A DNA stretch of 56,672 nucleotides, the filler included, from Sluysia triapertura (Eukaryota): assembly GCA_046118255.1 (NCBI GenBank). It is 4 parts of 4 records of this genome, joined end to end, with 100 filler letters (N's around TTAATTAATTAA, not from the genome) between each part and the next. Parts side by side here need not be neighbours in the genome. Positions count along the whole stretch, not along the records: positions 1 to 18,447 come from JBJNIA010147498.1; positions 18,548 to 31,763 come from JBJNIA010052113.1; 2 more parts are not named here. One strand, written 5' to 3'. Below are positions 12,908 through 24,319 of the stretch, one piece after another. Every line of letters starts with the position of its first letter. Positions within the stretch are counted from its first letter, which is position 1. Position numbers and translations under genes: made by a program. The notes under the pieces were generated by a model. The model saw only the letters and a program-made list of their open reading frames with translations, had not been told where the DNA came from and did no database searches.

Positions 12908-14474
12908 AATTTTGAAAATTTAGAACTGAATGTACTTCATTATAAATTTCATAAATAAAATTCTACATATGTAGTCTTATAATAACTTTGACCAATGAAT
13001 GAATACAAAAATTCTATTAATAAGTAAGTTAGTATGTTATTTCAATGAGCTAACAATAAATATTTATATATATAAATTTAAAATATATTACTCATTTAAT
13101 GCATTTTAACCCTTTAAAAATCGGTGTAGCACACGAACACATTTAAAATTGCTTTTTGCACATTCTAAGATAAATAAAAATTAAGTTAAAATAGCATGTT
13201 TGCTTCATTGTTTACTTTTTCTGTAAAAGGAATCTATTCCTTTTAATATTGTATAGTTTCTCAATAGTTTTAATTATTTTAAGTCATTAGTAAAGTAATT
13301 ATTATATTTGAATCTAGAACGGCCGAAATTTAAATTCAAAACATTTAATAGATTAATTAAATAGTTCAACTCGTAATTATTGCCATAACAAAATATATTT
13401 ATACTCACTTGTAAAAACAATATACTATATTCATGTAGTATAATTTTTTGATAATTTTAAATTTGATTGCATTGTTTTGATTTTATTGTTATCCATTTTA
13501 TATATATGTTGGATTTTTATAAAAACCTGCTATAAAATGTTTAAAGAAATTACGACCTCATCTCTGATATAACACTTACGCACTTAAGGGCTTATTCACA
13601 GGATTTTCAAGACAATGCTAAGTAATATGGAAGTCAAGACAATAACAAATATAATTTCGGCACTTAATCAATAAATAATAGTTTAAACTTCTTTAATTAA
13701 GAATATTATTGATAATTTTAACCCCTTTTTAAAATGAGGTTTTAATATAATTAAAGTAGTTGGGTTAACATAAAGCCTTATATACATTCGAACTTAAATC
13801 TCTTAAAACAAGGTTAAAACTGCAGGTACCTGCTTAGAAGCACTCCATACCGGGAAAAAAAATAAGTAGTGATTTAATAATCGAAGTAAAGCAAGGAAGT
13901 AGGAAGTTACACAGAAATTAAATATAGATTTTGTATTAATGGAGATTACAATTTGGATGAAGTAACGAAATAATAGCCACAGAATATTATATGAGAGAAT
14001 TACAAACTTGGAGTGCAAAATTTCAGACACTAATACCTAATTGTAAAACAACATATAATTTGTGATACAGGAGAATATGTATTAGTATATAAAGTAGACA
14101 TTTTTGAATGTCGACTAACTCATTTGAAAACATCAATGATTAATCAAACTAAAAGATTTAAATATGGAAAACTAAGACAAAAAAATTGAAAAATATGTTC
14201 CCTAACAACAAATTTCAGATAAGAAGCACCTACCATAATTATGACTGAAAAATCAGCGGACGGAGTGGTGTTCGTCCTAAAAATAACCATATTTGCAGAA
14301 GAAGTAACCAGTACTAATTACACAGAAATATTTATATTAGGTTGTCTAAAATCATTCAAAATGCATTAAAATTATTTATAAATGTCTAAAAAACCTTTAA
14401 AATGTTTATTTTCTAAAAAGAAAATTATTTACGAAAAAAGAAATTTATTTTTCAAAAAAGGAAATTTGCTTCTA

Positions 14475-15185
14475 TAAATAGAATAGAAGCTCCTAGAATG
14501 TTCTGGAACCTTCCATCGATTTTCATCGAATGCCAGGGAATCTGCGCATCTTGTCTAATACAAAACCGATTATCCAACAAGTGCCTCATACTCGAATTAG
14601 AAAATAAGGCTTGGTTATTCATGACGAAAGCGAGGAATAACATCTTCAGCCTCAATTTAAATCCCCAGAACATCCACATACACCTCACAACGTCGCGCCG
14701 ATGGTGTGGCTTCCCAATTTACTGTGCCTATGCCCACATAAAAGCGCTGCTAGAACGTTACGGCCCGCAAGATCCTTGACTGCCTCACGGAAATAATGAC
14801 TCGCAGAGGCTTCTCTGTTGTCAAAGACTCCCCCACACCAATCATACAAGACCTTAGGCGATCCTATATACAAGTTAGAAGCATCTTCTCATCCCAATTG
14901 TTCCTCATTTACGTCAAAACACCAATGGACCTAATGAAAAACTTTAAAATTGCTTGGTCCACCAACACATATAAGTATGAAAACCTGCGAGAGAAGTTAC
15001 AATCCAATACAATGTCTCTCTGGACACGTTTATTGTTGGCGCTCTGAGATCATGGGATCCTGAAAACAAACCTTGCTCAAATCACTAGGCTTCCGCAGAG
15101 ACGAAATCAAGACTCTGGCAAAGCAATGCTGAGACTAGCTGTGGAGTCATCAACCAATGCGTATCGATACCACGTCCTGCAATGA
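14475..15185 (+). mobile_element. 5'-truncated, frameshifted non-LTR retrotransposon with restriction-like endonuclease (NeSL/Utopia/R2 group), C-terminal part
   Basis: Ordered motifs across frames: QG..SN..W-LFMTKARNN (cf. W.F.HRARLN); RRWCG (broken CCHC knuckle); ERY..KILDCL (cf. RHN.IL); LRR..LFLIYVKTPMD..F..A..N..KY (PD-D-K region, catalytic Asp lost); LDTFIVGALRSWDPEN; LKSLGF; SSTNAYRYHV, stop at 15183-15185. Locally high GC. Confidence 0.85.
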
Positions 15186-15241
15186 TAGAAACAAACACAT
15201 ATAATTACATAAAAAAATTATGACCCAAAAAATCTTTAACT

Positions 15242-15597
15242 AGTCTATAGCAGAAACAAGTAAGTAAACGGTGAAGATTAAAAAGACTATAGTTATGAAC
15301 TATAAACGTCTTTGGAGAAGACAAAAAGACTGTATCAAAGCCTTGTAAGTCCACAGTGAAGACATAAAAGGCTGTAGAGAAGCTCCATAAGCCTACAGCG
15401 AAGGTCTAAAGACTACGCTGAAACTTTGAAGGCCATAGTGAAGATGCAAAGCCTAAAGTAAAACTTCTTAAGACCATAGCGAAGACAAAAAGACTGTAGC
15501 GAAACAAGTTTCCAAGTCTACAGTGAAGGCTTAAAAGACTATGGTGAAACTCCGTAAGGCAATAGCAAAGACGCAAAGTCTGTAGAGAAAAGTTTTA
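15242..15597. repeat. Degenerate tandem array of ~17 units of 20-21 nt with alternating A/B (~41-nt) higher-order period
   Basis: Example units: AGTCCACAGTGAAGACATAAA / AGGCTGTAGAGAAGCTCCATA / AGCCTACAGCGAAGGTCTAA / AGACTGTAGCGAAACAAG / AGTCTACAGTGAAGGCTTAAA. Confidence 0.85.
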
Positions 15598-15624
15598 AAC
15601 AATATATATTATTACATGTTTTTT

Positions 15625-15830
15625 CGTCGAACTGCGCAGCGAGGGGGCGCGGATTCGATTCCCGGTCAGTCAATTTTATGAAGTGTAACAATTTCATGCA
15701 CACAAGTATTACAAACCTATATCACATACCGATCAACGAGTTAGTGAAGAAGAAAGATTGTTCCGACATTAGATTTACAAAATGGCTACTGGCGGATAGC
15801 CATATCGGAAGAATATAAGCATAAAGCCAC
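15625..15830 (+). mobile_element. tRNA-derived SINE-like fragment (3' half of a tRNA-like head plus body)
   Basis: GCGCGGATTCGATTCCCGGTCAG is a T-arm/B-box-like motif, preceded by an anticodon-arm-like stretch. No D-arm or acceptor stem. Downstream hairpin ATGGCTA-N8-TAGCCAT at ~15782-15803. End approximate. Confidence 0.5.
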
Positions 15831-16504
15831 ATTTTCTGCAGAAGAAGGACTGTCCGAATGTGAAATAATGTCAAATTACTATGAATGAGGAGAATGTAGA
15901 AATGAATTTGAAATGTTTATAGAATGATATGTTTGAGAATAAGAACTTTAAATATTCCCCATTAAAATAGACTCAGTATATAATACTGGAAATTAATTAA
16001 AGTTAAATTCATTATTTTTATGTATTTTGAGAATGCTAATGATTGTTATTTTAAAGTGAGCTGTAGATCCAGTAGAGGAGAAGAAAATAATGGCTAATCA
16101 GTAATCATATTTTTATGTTCTATACCTAATAAAGTCTCACAGGTCATAACATATAATTGTCAAAGCTGTTCTTGTCGGTTAATCCTCAAAGTAAGTTCTA
16201 ATGATTTGTGTAAGAGAATGTTTGATTGTAAAACTCAAAAGTGATTGAATGAGTAAAAATGAATAGGTGAACAAATTTACAGCACAGTTATCAATAATCA
16301 CGATGATGTCATAACATTTTTGTAATGTTTAAGAGGTGGAAGATCCATGGAAGAGTAACATTTTTGTTTTGTTTAATTATTCTTACCACTTAATATTAAT
16401 TTTAATTTTGATAAAATAACTAAGGTTAATTGGAGGAAAGCATTTTACCTATTTCGTTTAGTTTGCTTTTCGAATAAGAAAAATTAATTTTGGGAGGCAT
16501 AGTA

Positions 16505-16815
16505 TGTGGTAGCCAACTTTATGACTTAAAATTTTAATTCATTTCATCACACTAAAAAATCACATTTTTGTAACATTTCAACTATTATTTCTTCAAAAAA
16601 TCATTAAAATTGTAAATTTAAATTTAAACATTAAGGTAGTAAACTAAAAGGAATTTCTTGTAACACCTTTAACTACGTTGTTACCTTCTTTACATATTCT
16701 TTAATAAATTCCTTTTACATTTTTTCATTCAAGAATAATAAAAAGAATCAAGTTTTTCATTAGTAAGAATATAAAGAAATATTTCAATATAAAAGTAAAG
16801 AATTTATGTATTTTA
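16505..16815. repeat. LTR-like repeat of the TGTGGTRGCCAAC family
   Basis: TGTGGTAGCCAAC terminus shared with 20400 and, inverted, with 50554. Followed ~300 nt later by AATTTATGTATTTT, as also seen at ~21101. Confidence 0.4.
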
Positions 16816-17350
16816 TGAGTTTTTGTTCTCATTTTTATTTTCAACTTTATAATTGTTATTATTTTAATCCATTTTAATTATTATTAATTTTATTTTATTA
16901 TTACTATTATTATTATTCATTATTATTATTATTTGTATTATTATCACAATTATTTTCATTATAATTAAACTACTGCTATTAATTACTAGTATTATTTTTA
17001 CTATCGCTATAAATGACTGCCACCCCTGACAGTTTCATTAATTTAATCTCATATCACTGTCAACAAATGACAGTTTTTATTTGTAAAGTTTTAATCTGTA
17101 TGTATTTCATTATTAAATTTGAGGTGAATTTTTATTGGTAATCCAATTATATTCATTGTTATCATCATTTTTATTTAGTCATAACATCATTAAAGTAACC
17201 ACAATTATTTTATGCATAGTTAATTATTTAGTTTGATGAGAATAATTTTTAATAATTACTTTGATTATAAAAAATTATACAATCTTTTTAGTCAAAAACT
17301 TTTAGAATTTTAAACTAAAATACATTATAAAACAAGTTTTGATATTCTAA

Positions 17351-18108
17351 ATGTCTGACGAGAAATATAAAAATTCAAACAGTTTTGACGACGATTATGA
17401 TAATGAAGATTATTATGACGTTGATGATCATCATCAAACTCATAAATATTCAAGTTCTAATATGCATGGTGTTTTATCAGAGGATATTAGATTGAGAAAG
17501 AATTATTATAATCAATTAGATAGAAAGCGAAGAGCCAGCATTAAATTACATAATTACATGAGGATATTCCAACTTCGAGAGATATTGAGGTATCACCTTC
17601 AATTATATTAAAAAAAGCTGTTGAATATCAAGATGAGTTAAGTAAAAAAATAAAAATGCTAATTTAGAAAATAAATATCGCGCAATGGAGCAACAACTAC
17701 AATATTCATTATGCCAACGTAGTTCATACTGATATTAGCAACCCAGCGGGTTTTCAAGCTGTTTCTAGTGCAAATAACACTCATGGTGTTGTTATAAACG
17801 TAGCACGAACTGGCCATTCAATTTCAACTGTAATGAAAACGCTTAATATTTCTATTGGACCAATTAGTAATAATCAAGTTTTATCGTCTACTCATACTCA
17901 TTCAAGATCGGGTAATGTGACAAGCGATGATAATGGAAAGTTTAATGAAGAACAAGACGATGATAAATCACTTTTTATTAAATCCGCATTATGCCTGTAT
18001 GAAACCTCAATAACATACCAATGCATCAAGAATGGAAAATTTTGTCTTTATGTACACGGATTATATGAATTAGTACAATGCAATCAATCTTTTATGCTCA
18101 CAAATTAA
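17351..18108 (+). pseudogene. Frameshifted Max/Myc-type bHLH(-zip) gene with Ser/Thr/Asn-rich linker and C-terminal CIKNGKFC Cys motif
   Basis: Basic region/helix 1 RKNYYNQLDRKRRASIK. After a frameshift at ~17545, LHEDIPTSRDIEVSPSIILKKAVEYQDEL (cf. Max LRDSVP...SRAQILDKATEYI). Zipper-like NLENKYRAMEQQLQ lies in another frame. The helix-2 frame runs to 18108 with one stop (17665-17667). Confidence 0.75.
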
Positions 18109-18342
18109 ATTAACAACACAGAAATACTTTGACAATAAAAACTTTTAAAGTAAATTTTAATTTTATTAAATGTAATAATTTTTATTTGGAGTATTATTTA
18201 ATTGTAATTTTTATGTGGTAATATATTTAATTTTTATGTGGTTTAAGTAATAGTTTATATTTTAACTATTATTATTATAATTGTTAAATTATTATTTAAT
18301 TATTGTATTATAATATTAATTATTATTTTGTTTAAATATTAT

Positions 18343-18447
18343 TATATGGATTCAAAAATGAGCATGGAAGAAAATATTAATTGTATTGTTAAAAAGTGTA
18401 AATATCAATTAAGTAGAATATCACATATTCGAAAATTTATTAATAAA
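18343..18447 (+). mobile_element. L2/CR1-type LINE RT fragment cut by a gap
   Basis: YMDSKMSMEENINCIVKKCKYQLSRISHIRKFINK, near-identical to the reverse complement of ~51905-52003. Confidence 0.85.
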
Positions 18448-18547
18448 NNNNNNNNNNNNNNNNNNNNNNNNNNNNNNNNNNNNNNNNNNNNTTAATTAAT
18501 TAANNNNNNNNNNNNNNNNNNNNNNNNNNNNNNNNNNNNNNNNNNNN
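18448..18547. other. Scaffold gap with synthetic TTAATTAATTAA linker
   Basis: 44 N + TTAATTAATTAA (stops in all six frames) + 44 N. Same layout at 31764 and 44646. Confidence 0.97.
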
Positions 18548-18859
18548 CAACGAAAAGGATTCTCTCCATCATATGTACGTAAATTTTTGATACGTTTTAT
18601 GTTTTATAACTTTTATAAATTTTTTACTGGTTGCGGAATAGATAAAGGACGTTTTTATTTTGTTTTGTGGTTTTCATTTAATGAATTAATTCTAGGCCTT
18701 AAGCCTAGTGTTCATTTCGAGTTTAAAACATTTAGTATGGACCTTAAGTCCAATTTTAGCAAATTAATTAATTTAATTAAGTCCCTCTTTTGTAAATCAA
18801 TTTTAATTAATTACCACAAACACTTTTTAAATATAAATAATTCATCTTAAATTTTTCAA

Positions 18860-20260
18860 TTCAATTACACTCGACCATCACATAAGTGTTTAGCTTTTGT
18901 TATGCCATTAGCCAAATCTAATAAAAATTCTTCGACCTTTTGGTCTCTTTGTAATTCTTTGTAATTCATTTTCTCATTCGCCAAGATACATATGGTTCAT
19001 TTTCTAATTTATTAATTATTTTCATTTCTTTATTAATTTCTTCTTCCATATCTTCACTGGCACTGAAAGATTCTTCTTCCGAATCAATATCTATTTCTTC
19101 TGCTCTTAATTTTTCGTCATCCGTTCGCCTAATAATATTTTTATATCTGATATAACTTCTTGATCATCACTTTCAATAGATTTCTCCTTATTATCTTCAT
19201 CTTCTATTTCATCTTCTTTTGTGTAACTAGGTTCATTTTCTTTATCATTTATTTCTTCTTCTGTACTGCTCGGTTCAGTACTACTTTCTTCTGATTTTGA
19301 CTCTTTTATGTTTTATCTTTCCATTTATCGATTAACTGTTGAATTCTTTGTTTCATTTCTTCATTTGTAATTACGTATTTAATTTTTTTAATCTGTGCGA
19401 TCCTTTATTCCATAGGTTTATTGAATATTTCTTGGATTCTTACTTGAATTGGTTGTATTGTTAATCGATTTTCTTTTTTTACACTGACTAACAAATCGAC
19501 TAGCAAATATGCCCGACAACTTCGATTCTATATATGTAGCAGTAGCATTGGACGTTGTGAGAGTCACCTTAGTAGTCAATGATTCATCAGTGATTCTATG
19601 TGCTGAAGGCCCAACGACTCTTCATTTTTCTGCCCTATCTAAGCAATGCACAATAAATATTGAAGCTTTGGAATATCCATCTTCAGTTGCCCTCCTTTTT
19701 ATCCTTTCTCCATCTCCTTTTCCATCTTCCCTTTCTAACCCTTTCACAGACAATGTTGCTAATCTGGGTCGTTGGAACAATGGGACGTCATTTACCCATG
19801 TCCACCTCTTTCAGCTGGGACGATGACCGACTCGTCTTTGTGGCACATCAATATGCCCTTGATTTTTCAACAAACCCCTTACCGGGTTTGTACGCCATAT
19901 AACAGGCAATTTCATACAGAAGCATGAATTAAATGTCGGTGCAGAATTAAGAACTTTTTGCGCAGTATCCAGGAGATTTCTGACGTCGATGATGTAGACG
20001 ATGTCAGGCCTTATCTTTTCGGGTTTTTACACCCCGTTTTGACATCGAGGCCCTGGATATTCCTTTGGTTGCTTACGAGGTGTAATGAACCTATCAAATC
20101 ACAACCTCATTCCCTTTTTCACCGATGACATTTTCTTGCGTGCAAGACAAACGTTGAAACTTGTCTACCATATCTGTCCAAAGTTCACCTGCAAACAATT
20201 TGTATCTGAACTAATCACTGTATTGGATCATATAAGGGAAAGAGATATAACTTTATTCAA
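18860..20260 (-). pseudogene. Decayed long ORF downstream of a putative LTR (basic N-terminal half, acidic C-terminal half); family unrecognised
   Basis: One minus frame reads ~240 codons from ~20130 with only scattered stops (MSSVKKGMRL*FDRFITPRKQPKEYPGPRCQNGV*KPEKIRPDIVYIIDVRNLL...), then an acidic tract (KEDEIEDEDNKEKSIESDDQE; EEIDIDSEEESFSASEDMEEE). GC is above background. Confidence 0.5.
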
Positions 20261-20399
20261 CGGTGTAATGATTCTCCTCTCGTTCTTTTTTCTAAACTTT
20301 TTCTAAATCTTTAAACCCTATTACTTCTAAACCTCTTCCTCAAATATATCCTCAAAAACATCATGATCCCGAGATTCGTCCATCTACATCGTCTACTGA

Positions 20400-21035
20400 T
20401 GTGGTGGCCAACCCAATAGTCTTAATTAATTTATAAAAATTCTAGCATATTAAAATCTTATAATCTTTCAAGTATACATCACACACCTTTTAATCCATTT
20501 AAAACTAATGCAACATAATGAAAACCATATTTTCAACAACATAAAAAAATCTTACAAAATTCACCACAACCGTTTTCATATCTTATTTCTCTTCTTAAAC
20601 ATTAAAATAAACATTCACTTTTCAAAATATTTCAAACATACAATCTAATAGCCAAGAATACCATCAATTCACATCAAGCCATCCATTGAGAATATTTATT
20701 CGACACCTCACAACATCCAAATCACAATAACGTTTTAAACAATCAAAGTACATTAAAAATTCATTGGAAATATTTTATTTTCATTTTAAACAATTTAATT
20801 TCAACCACATTCAAAATCAATCATTATACACTTTCTAATCATCTTAAACATTTAACATTCCTATACTTATCCCTCTTAACTCCACTTAAAAACATTAATA
20901 AGCATCCAAAAGTTATCGTAAATATTTACACTTCAATACACTTTCATCTTAAAACAAAACTTTCTTTCAAAACACCAAGCATACATTTAAAAACTAATTT
21001 AAAACAGCATTCAAGAAGTTCTTTTCGCTTCCACA
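20400..21035 (-). mobile_element. Putative LTR (636 bp) with TGTGG...CCACA inverted termini
   Basis: Plus strand begins TGTGGTGGCCAACC and ends GCTTCCACA. The same terminal 14-mer is inverted at 50541-50554. On the minus strand it precedes the decayed ORF. The PBS is not canonical (TCAGTAGACGATG). Confidence 0.55.
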
Positions 21036-21614
21036 ATTTACATATGTGCAGAAATAACAAGAAAGAAAGAAAGATCATGTAAAAATAGATATTCGAAGGA
21101 AATTTATGTATTTTTCGATTAATAATAATAACACTTTGTTGTTATTATTGTTATCATCATTTTAACATAATTTAATTAAATTAAATTTTGTCCATGTAGT
21201 TTAAAATCAACTGAGTTACTGCCATCATCAAAAGTGACATTTTGCTTTGAATTTACAATTTCGTGTCAATGTTGATGATTGTTGTCATCAAAGTGTGATT
21301 TCAACAATCATTTTGGTAAGGCAGTTAATCTACTCTTATTGGCCATCCAGCCAAATCGATTATCATTCTGTTTGCTTGTGGTTGATTTTGGTTGGATGAC
21401 CAATCGTGGTTGGTTTGATCAGCTAAAGATTTTTAAAAACACAAAAATTATTATCACAATTTTATCTCAATTTCAATTTTACCACAATTTTTACAACAGT
21501 TTTTTAACAATTAAACAGCAATAATTATCTCAATCTCAATTTCTGTTTATTTTTTGAATAACAAAAAAAATTATAGTAACGGTTAATATAATCCAAGAGT
21601 CTTGAAGTTTAATA

Positions 21615-22218
21615 ATGATATCTATTAGACTTGAGTGTTATCAAACAATTGATGTTGAGAATAAGTTCATATACGACAGTGAACTTCATAATTATTATAA
21701 AGACAATACCGATCATGTAAAAGTGTATGTGGACGACGATCATAAAGTTAAACATTATAATGATAATTATAAAGATTATGACCACAAAATTAGAGAGTAT
21801 AAAGATAATGACGTAAATCCAAAAAGCGTATAAAGATGATGATCACAAAATTATACGTAGCAAGTATGATTATCGCGATGTTAATGGTATCAAACGATAT
21901 GGTTACGAACCTAATATGATCGCCTTTTGTCCATTTGGCACGGAAAACCAAGGAATTTGCATCAAGAATGGAATTTTTTGTGCTTACTCTTACACGGCCT
22001 GCGAAGTGAAAATTACCGAACTAATGCAGAACCTTAGTTTATCGACAAAGATACCTGTTAACAATAAATCTTTTACTAACTATCTAAAAGTAATTTATTT
22101 TTTGGTTTATTTTAACAGTCTTGTAAATTATGTTTGTTCTTCAGATAGCCGAACGTGCTACTTCGATGGAAACACACGCAGAAGACATCCATTAACTTTA
22201 AAAAACTTTTATAAATAA
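21615..22218 (+). pseudogene. Frameshifted gene for a protein with YKDxDHK-like repeats followed by a CIKNGIFC Cys motif
   Basis: ORF 21615-21833 (YKDNTDH, YVDDDHK, YKDYDHK, YKDND) continues after one frameshift at ~21815 into YKDDDHKIIRSKYDYRD...MIAFCPFGTENQGICIKNGIFCAY (frame of ORF 21916-22218). Confidence 0.55.
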
Positions 22219-22364
22219 AATTTTATGTAAAAGTTGTTTGTTCTACTTTAGTTTAAATTTTAATGATGATTTTGAAAATTTTATTTTAAAACATAAGTTA
22301 ATAAAATTCGATTTATACAAAATAAACCTTATACAAACACCACAATTACACCAACAAAACAGGT

Positions 22365-23030
22365 ATAAAGAGTTCAAAAGAATCTTTTACGCCCAACAAG
22401 AACTAGGCAAAATGTTACTAAATTTTGTTGTAAAACCAACTCAGTTGATGATACTGATATACTAAAACTTAGCAAGATTTCATCTTTTATCTATCCTACG
22501 GTATCAGCTGTTTATAGTATAGATAATTTATTGCAACTTGATTTTTTAGTTCGATCCCAACTTTACAAATTACTACCGAAAATTGCTACGGAAGTCGATT
22601 CATCCAAATGCTTGCTACAAAAGCTTATTCTTGTTCTCTATGTGCTGCAGCTATTTCAGATAGTGCTTACAAACTCACAAGATTTGAACTTCATGATGAG
22701 CAAATTTCCTGAGCTAGAATTGAAGAGTTGCATTCTTCCCATGGTTAATCAAGCTCTTGGAATCGACAGTAGCCAAACTCAGGAACCGTGCTTAAAGATT
22801 TTGTCAATTGTAGCGTTTTAAAAATTGTAATATTTGTACGTTTTAGCGTAATCTGCTTAAATTGCCACTTTACTAAGATGAAAGTGTCTTGTTTAATGTG
22901 TATGCTTACACTGTCAGAGTATACAATTAAGTGCCTCGTATTGGAAGAAGTATGTGAACCTACTGTTTTAGTGTCTTCTAAACTTTTTTATTATAGAATG
23001 CTTTTAAAACTTGTTTATTATTTGGTACCT
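22365..23030 (+). pseudogene. SCYL2: SCYL2-like (SCY1-like pseudokinase) fragment: HEAT region with frameshifts and an internal deletion
   Basis: ELGKMLLN; SKISSF..TVSAVYSIDNLLQLDFLVRSQLYKLLPKI (cf. FQRDNLQKSQFFKGLPKV); MMSKFPELELKSCILPMVNQALGIDSSQTQEPCLKIL (cf. TPPDEIKNSVLPMVYRALEAPSIQIQELCLNI); KMKVSCLMCM..LVLEEV.EPTVL. Spread over several frames; no kinase domain present. Confidence 0.8.
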
Positions 23031-24319
23031 TCAAAAATTTTTCTCGTAGAATGCCTTCAAAACATTTTTATTATCCGTAATATTTGAATGTTTAATATAT
23101 GCTGTCTTCAATTATTTGTTTTTTACTGTTATAATGGTAATATATTTTTCGACACTTATTTGATTAATAATTATTTAATTCATTCTTAAGTCCTTCTTTT
23201 TTGTAATTCGAATTTAAAATTAATTTTTAATTTTCCTAAATTTTTCGACTTTTGCATCTACTTCGCCCAACGGCTATTATAATTGTGAAATGCCTAGCTT
23301 TCTTAATTAGATTTATTGTTGCCTGCTTTAGCTTATTGTCAATTAAGAGATAAAAATTCATTAACTTAATAAAAAATTATAGTAACTCTTAGAAGACTAA
23401 TGCTAAGTTATAATTACTATATCAAAATTTTTTTTAATTATACCATTTGAAAGAAATATGACTTAACATAGGAAACTTTAATATTGAACGAAAGGAAATT
23501 TTAATTAATTCTCAAAAGTAAAACAATGTTTTTTAAGAATAAAACAAATGTAAGGTGATGCGTAAGTGTGACACTTTGAAATTTCTGCCATCTAATTAGT
23601 TTGAACGTAAAATTCCCAAAATATTCATAATAAATTGTTAATGAATAACAAAATATGTAATATAAATTCAAAAATTAAAGTAATGAGTTATGCGAATTAA
23701 ATAATTACTTATTTGAACAATTTAACAATTAAAGCGCAGCCGCATTAACTCGTGCTTTGTAGGCTGTCGGTAGAAGCAAAAAAGTCTTAAAAAAGGTTTA
23801 TCTGTTTATTAAAATCGTGTGAAATTTTGATAAAAATTAATGTGTTGTTTAGGAGTTATTTCATTTTATGTATAAAAATGCATGCATCCTCCAATTCCGA
23901 AAAAATAGCCGGCGGTATAATATTGTTTATATTTTCGTATTTTATGCATTAAATATTAAGAATTCAACACCACAAAATTTATATGAATGCATGGGTTTAA
24001 CATACCTACACTTTTGATTCGCAGCAGTTATGGCCAAATTATTTAGAAACAAAATCTAAGTAATCGAAAAAAGATAAAACAACAATACCAAGAAATGATT
24101 TGTAGTGAATCCAGTATTTTGCATATTTTAGATGAGTTGAAAATATGCGACAGAAAAGTGAGGAAACATCTGAAGTTTTCGAATTAAGAATTAATAGATT
24201 GTAAAGTATTCATGTCATATAGTTATAAAAATATTTTGAGGCAACCAATAATTTTGATTTCTACAAATTAATTCATTTGTCTTGAATTTCAAATAACTGA
24301 AGTAAAGTATTAAATATAG

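Noticed and set aside
14498-14779. LTR gag (ALLERYG-like motif)
   Set aside because: The surrounding motifs fit the RLE non-LTR C-terminus in the correct order.
15242-15597. CRISPR array
   Set aside because: No identical repeats with unique spacers, no cas genes, and an intron-containing animal context.
15625-15672. Functional tRNA gene
   Set aside because: Only the 3' half is present; no D-arm/A-box or acceptor stem pairing.
18492-18503. TTAATTAATTAA as a biological motif (also 31808 and 44690)
   Set aside because: It is centred in identical 100-bp N blocks and is a synthetic six-frame-stop linker. Adjacency across these gaps is uncertain.
18860-20260. Alternative genetic code or stop readthrough to explain in-frame stops
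   Set aside because: WDR3, DGKQ, dystrophin and ankyrin frames are clean in the standard code, and the stops co-occur with frameshifts, indicating decay.
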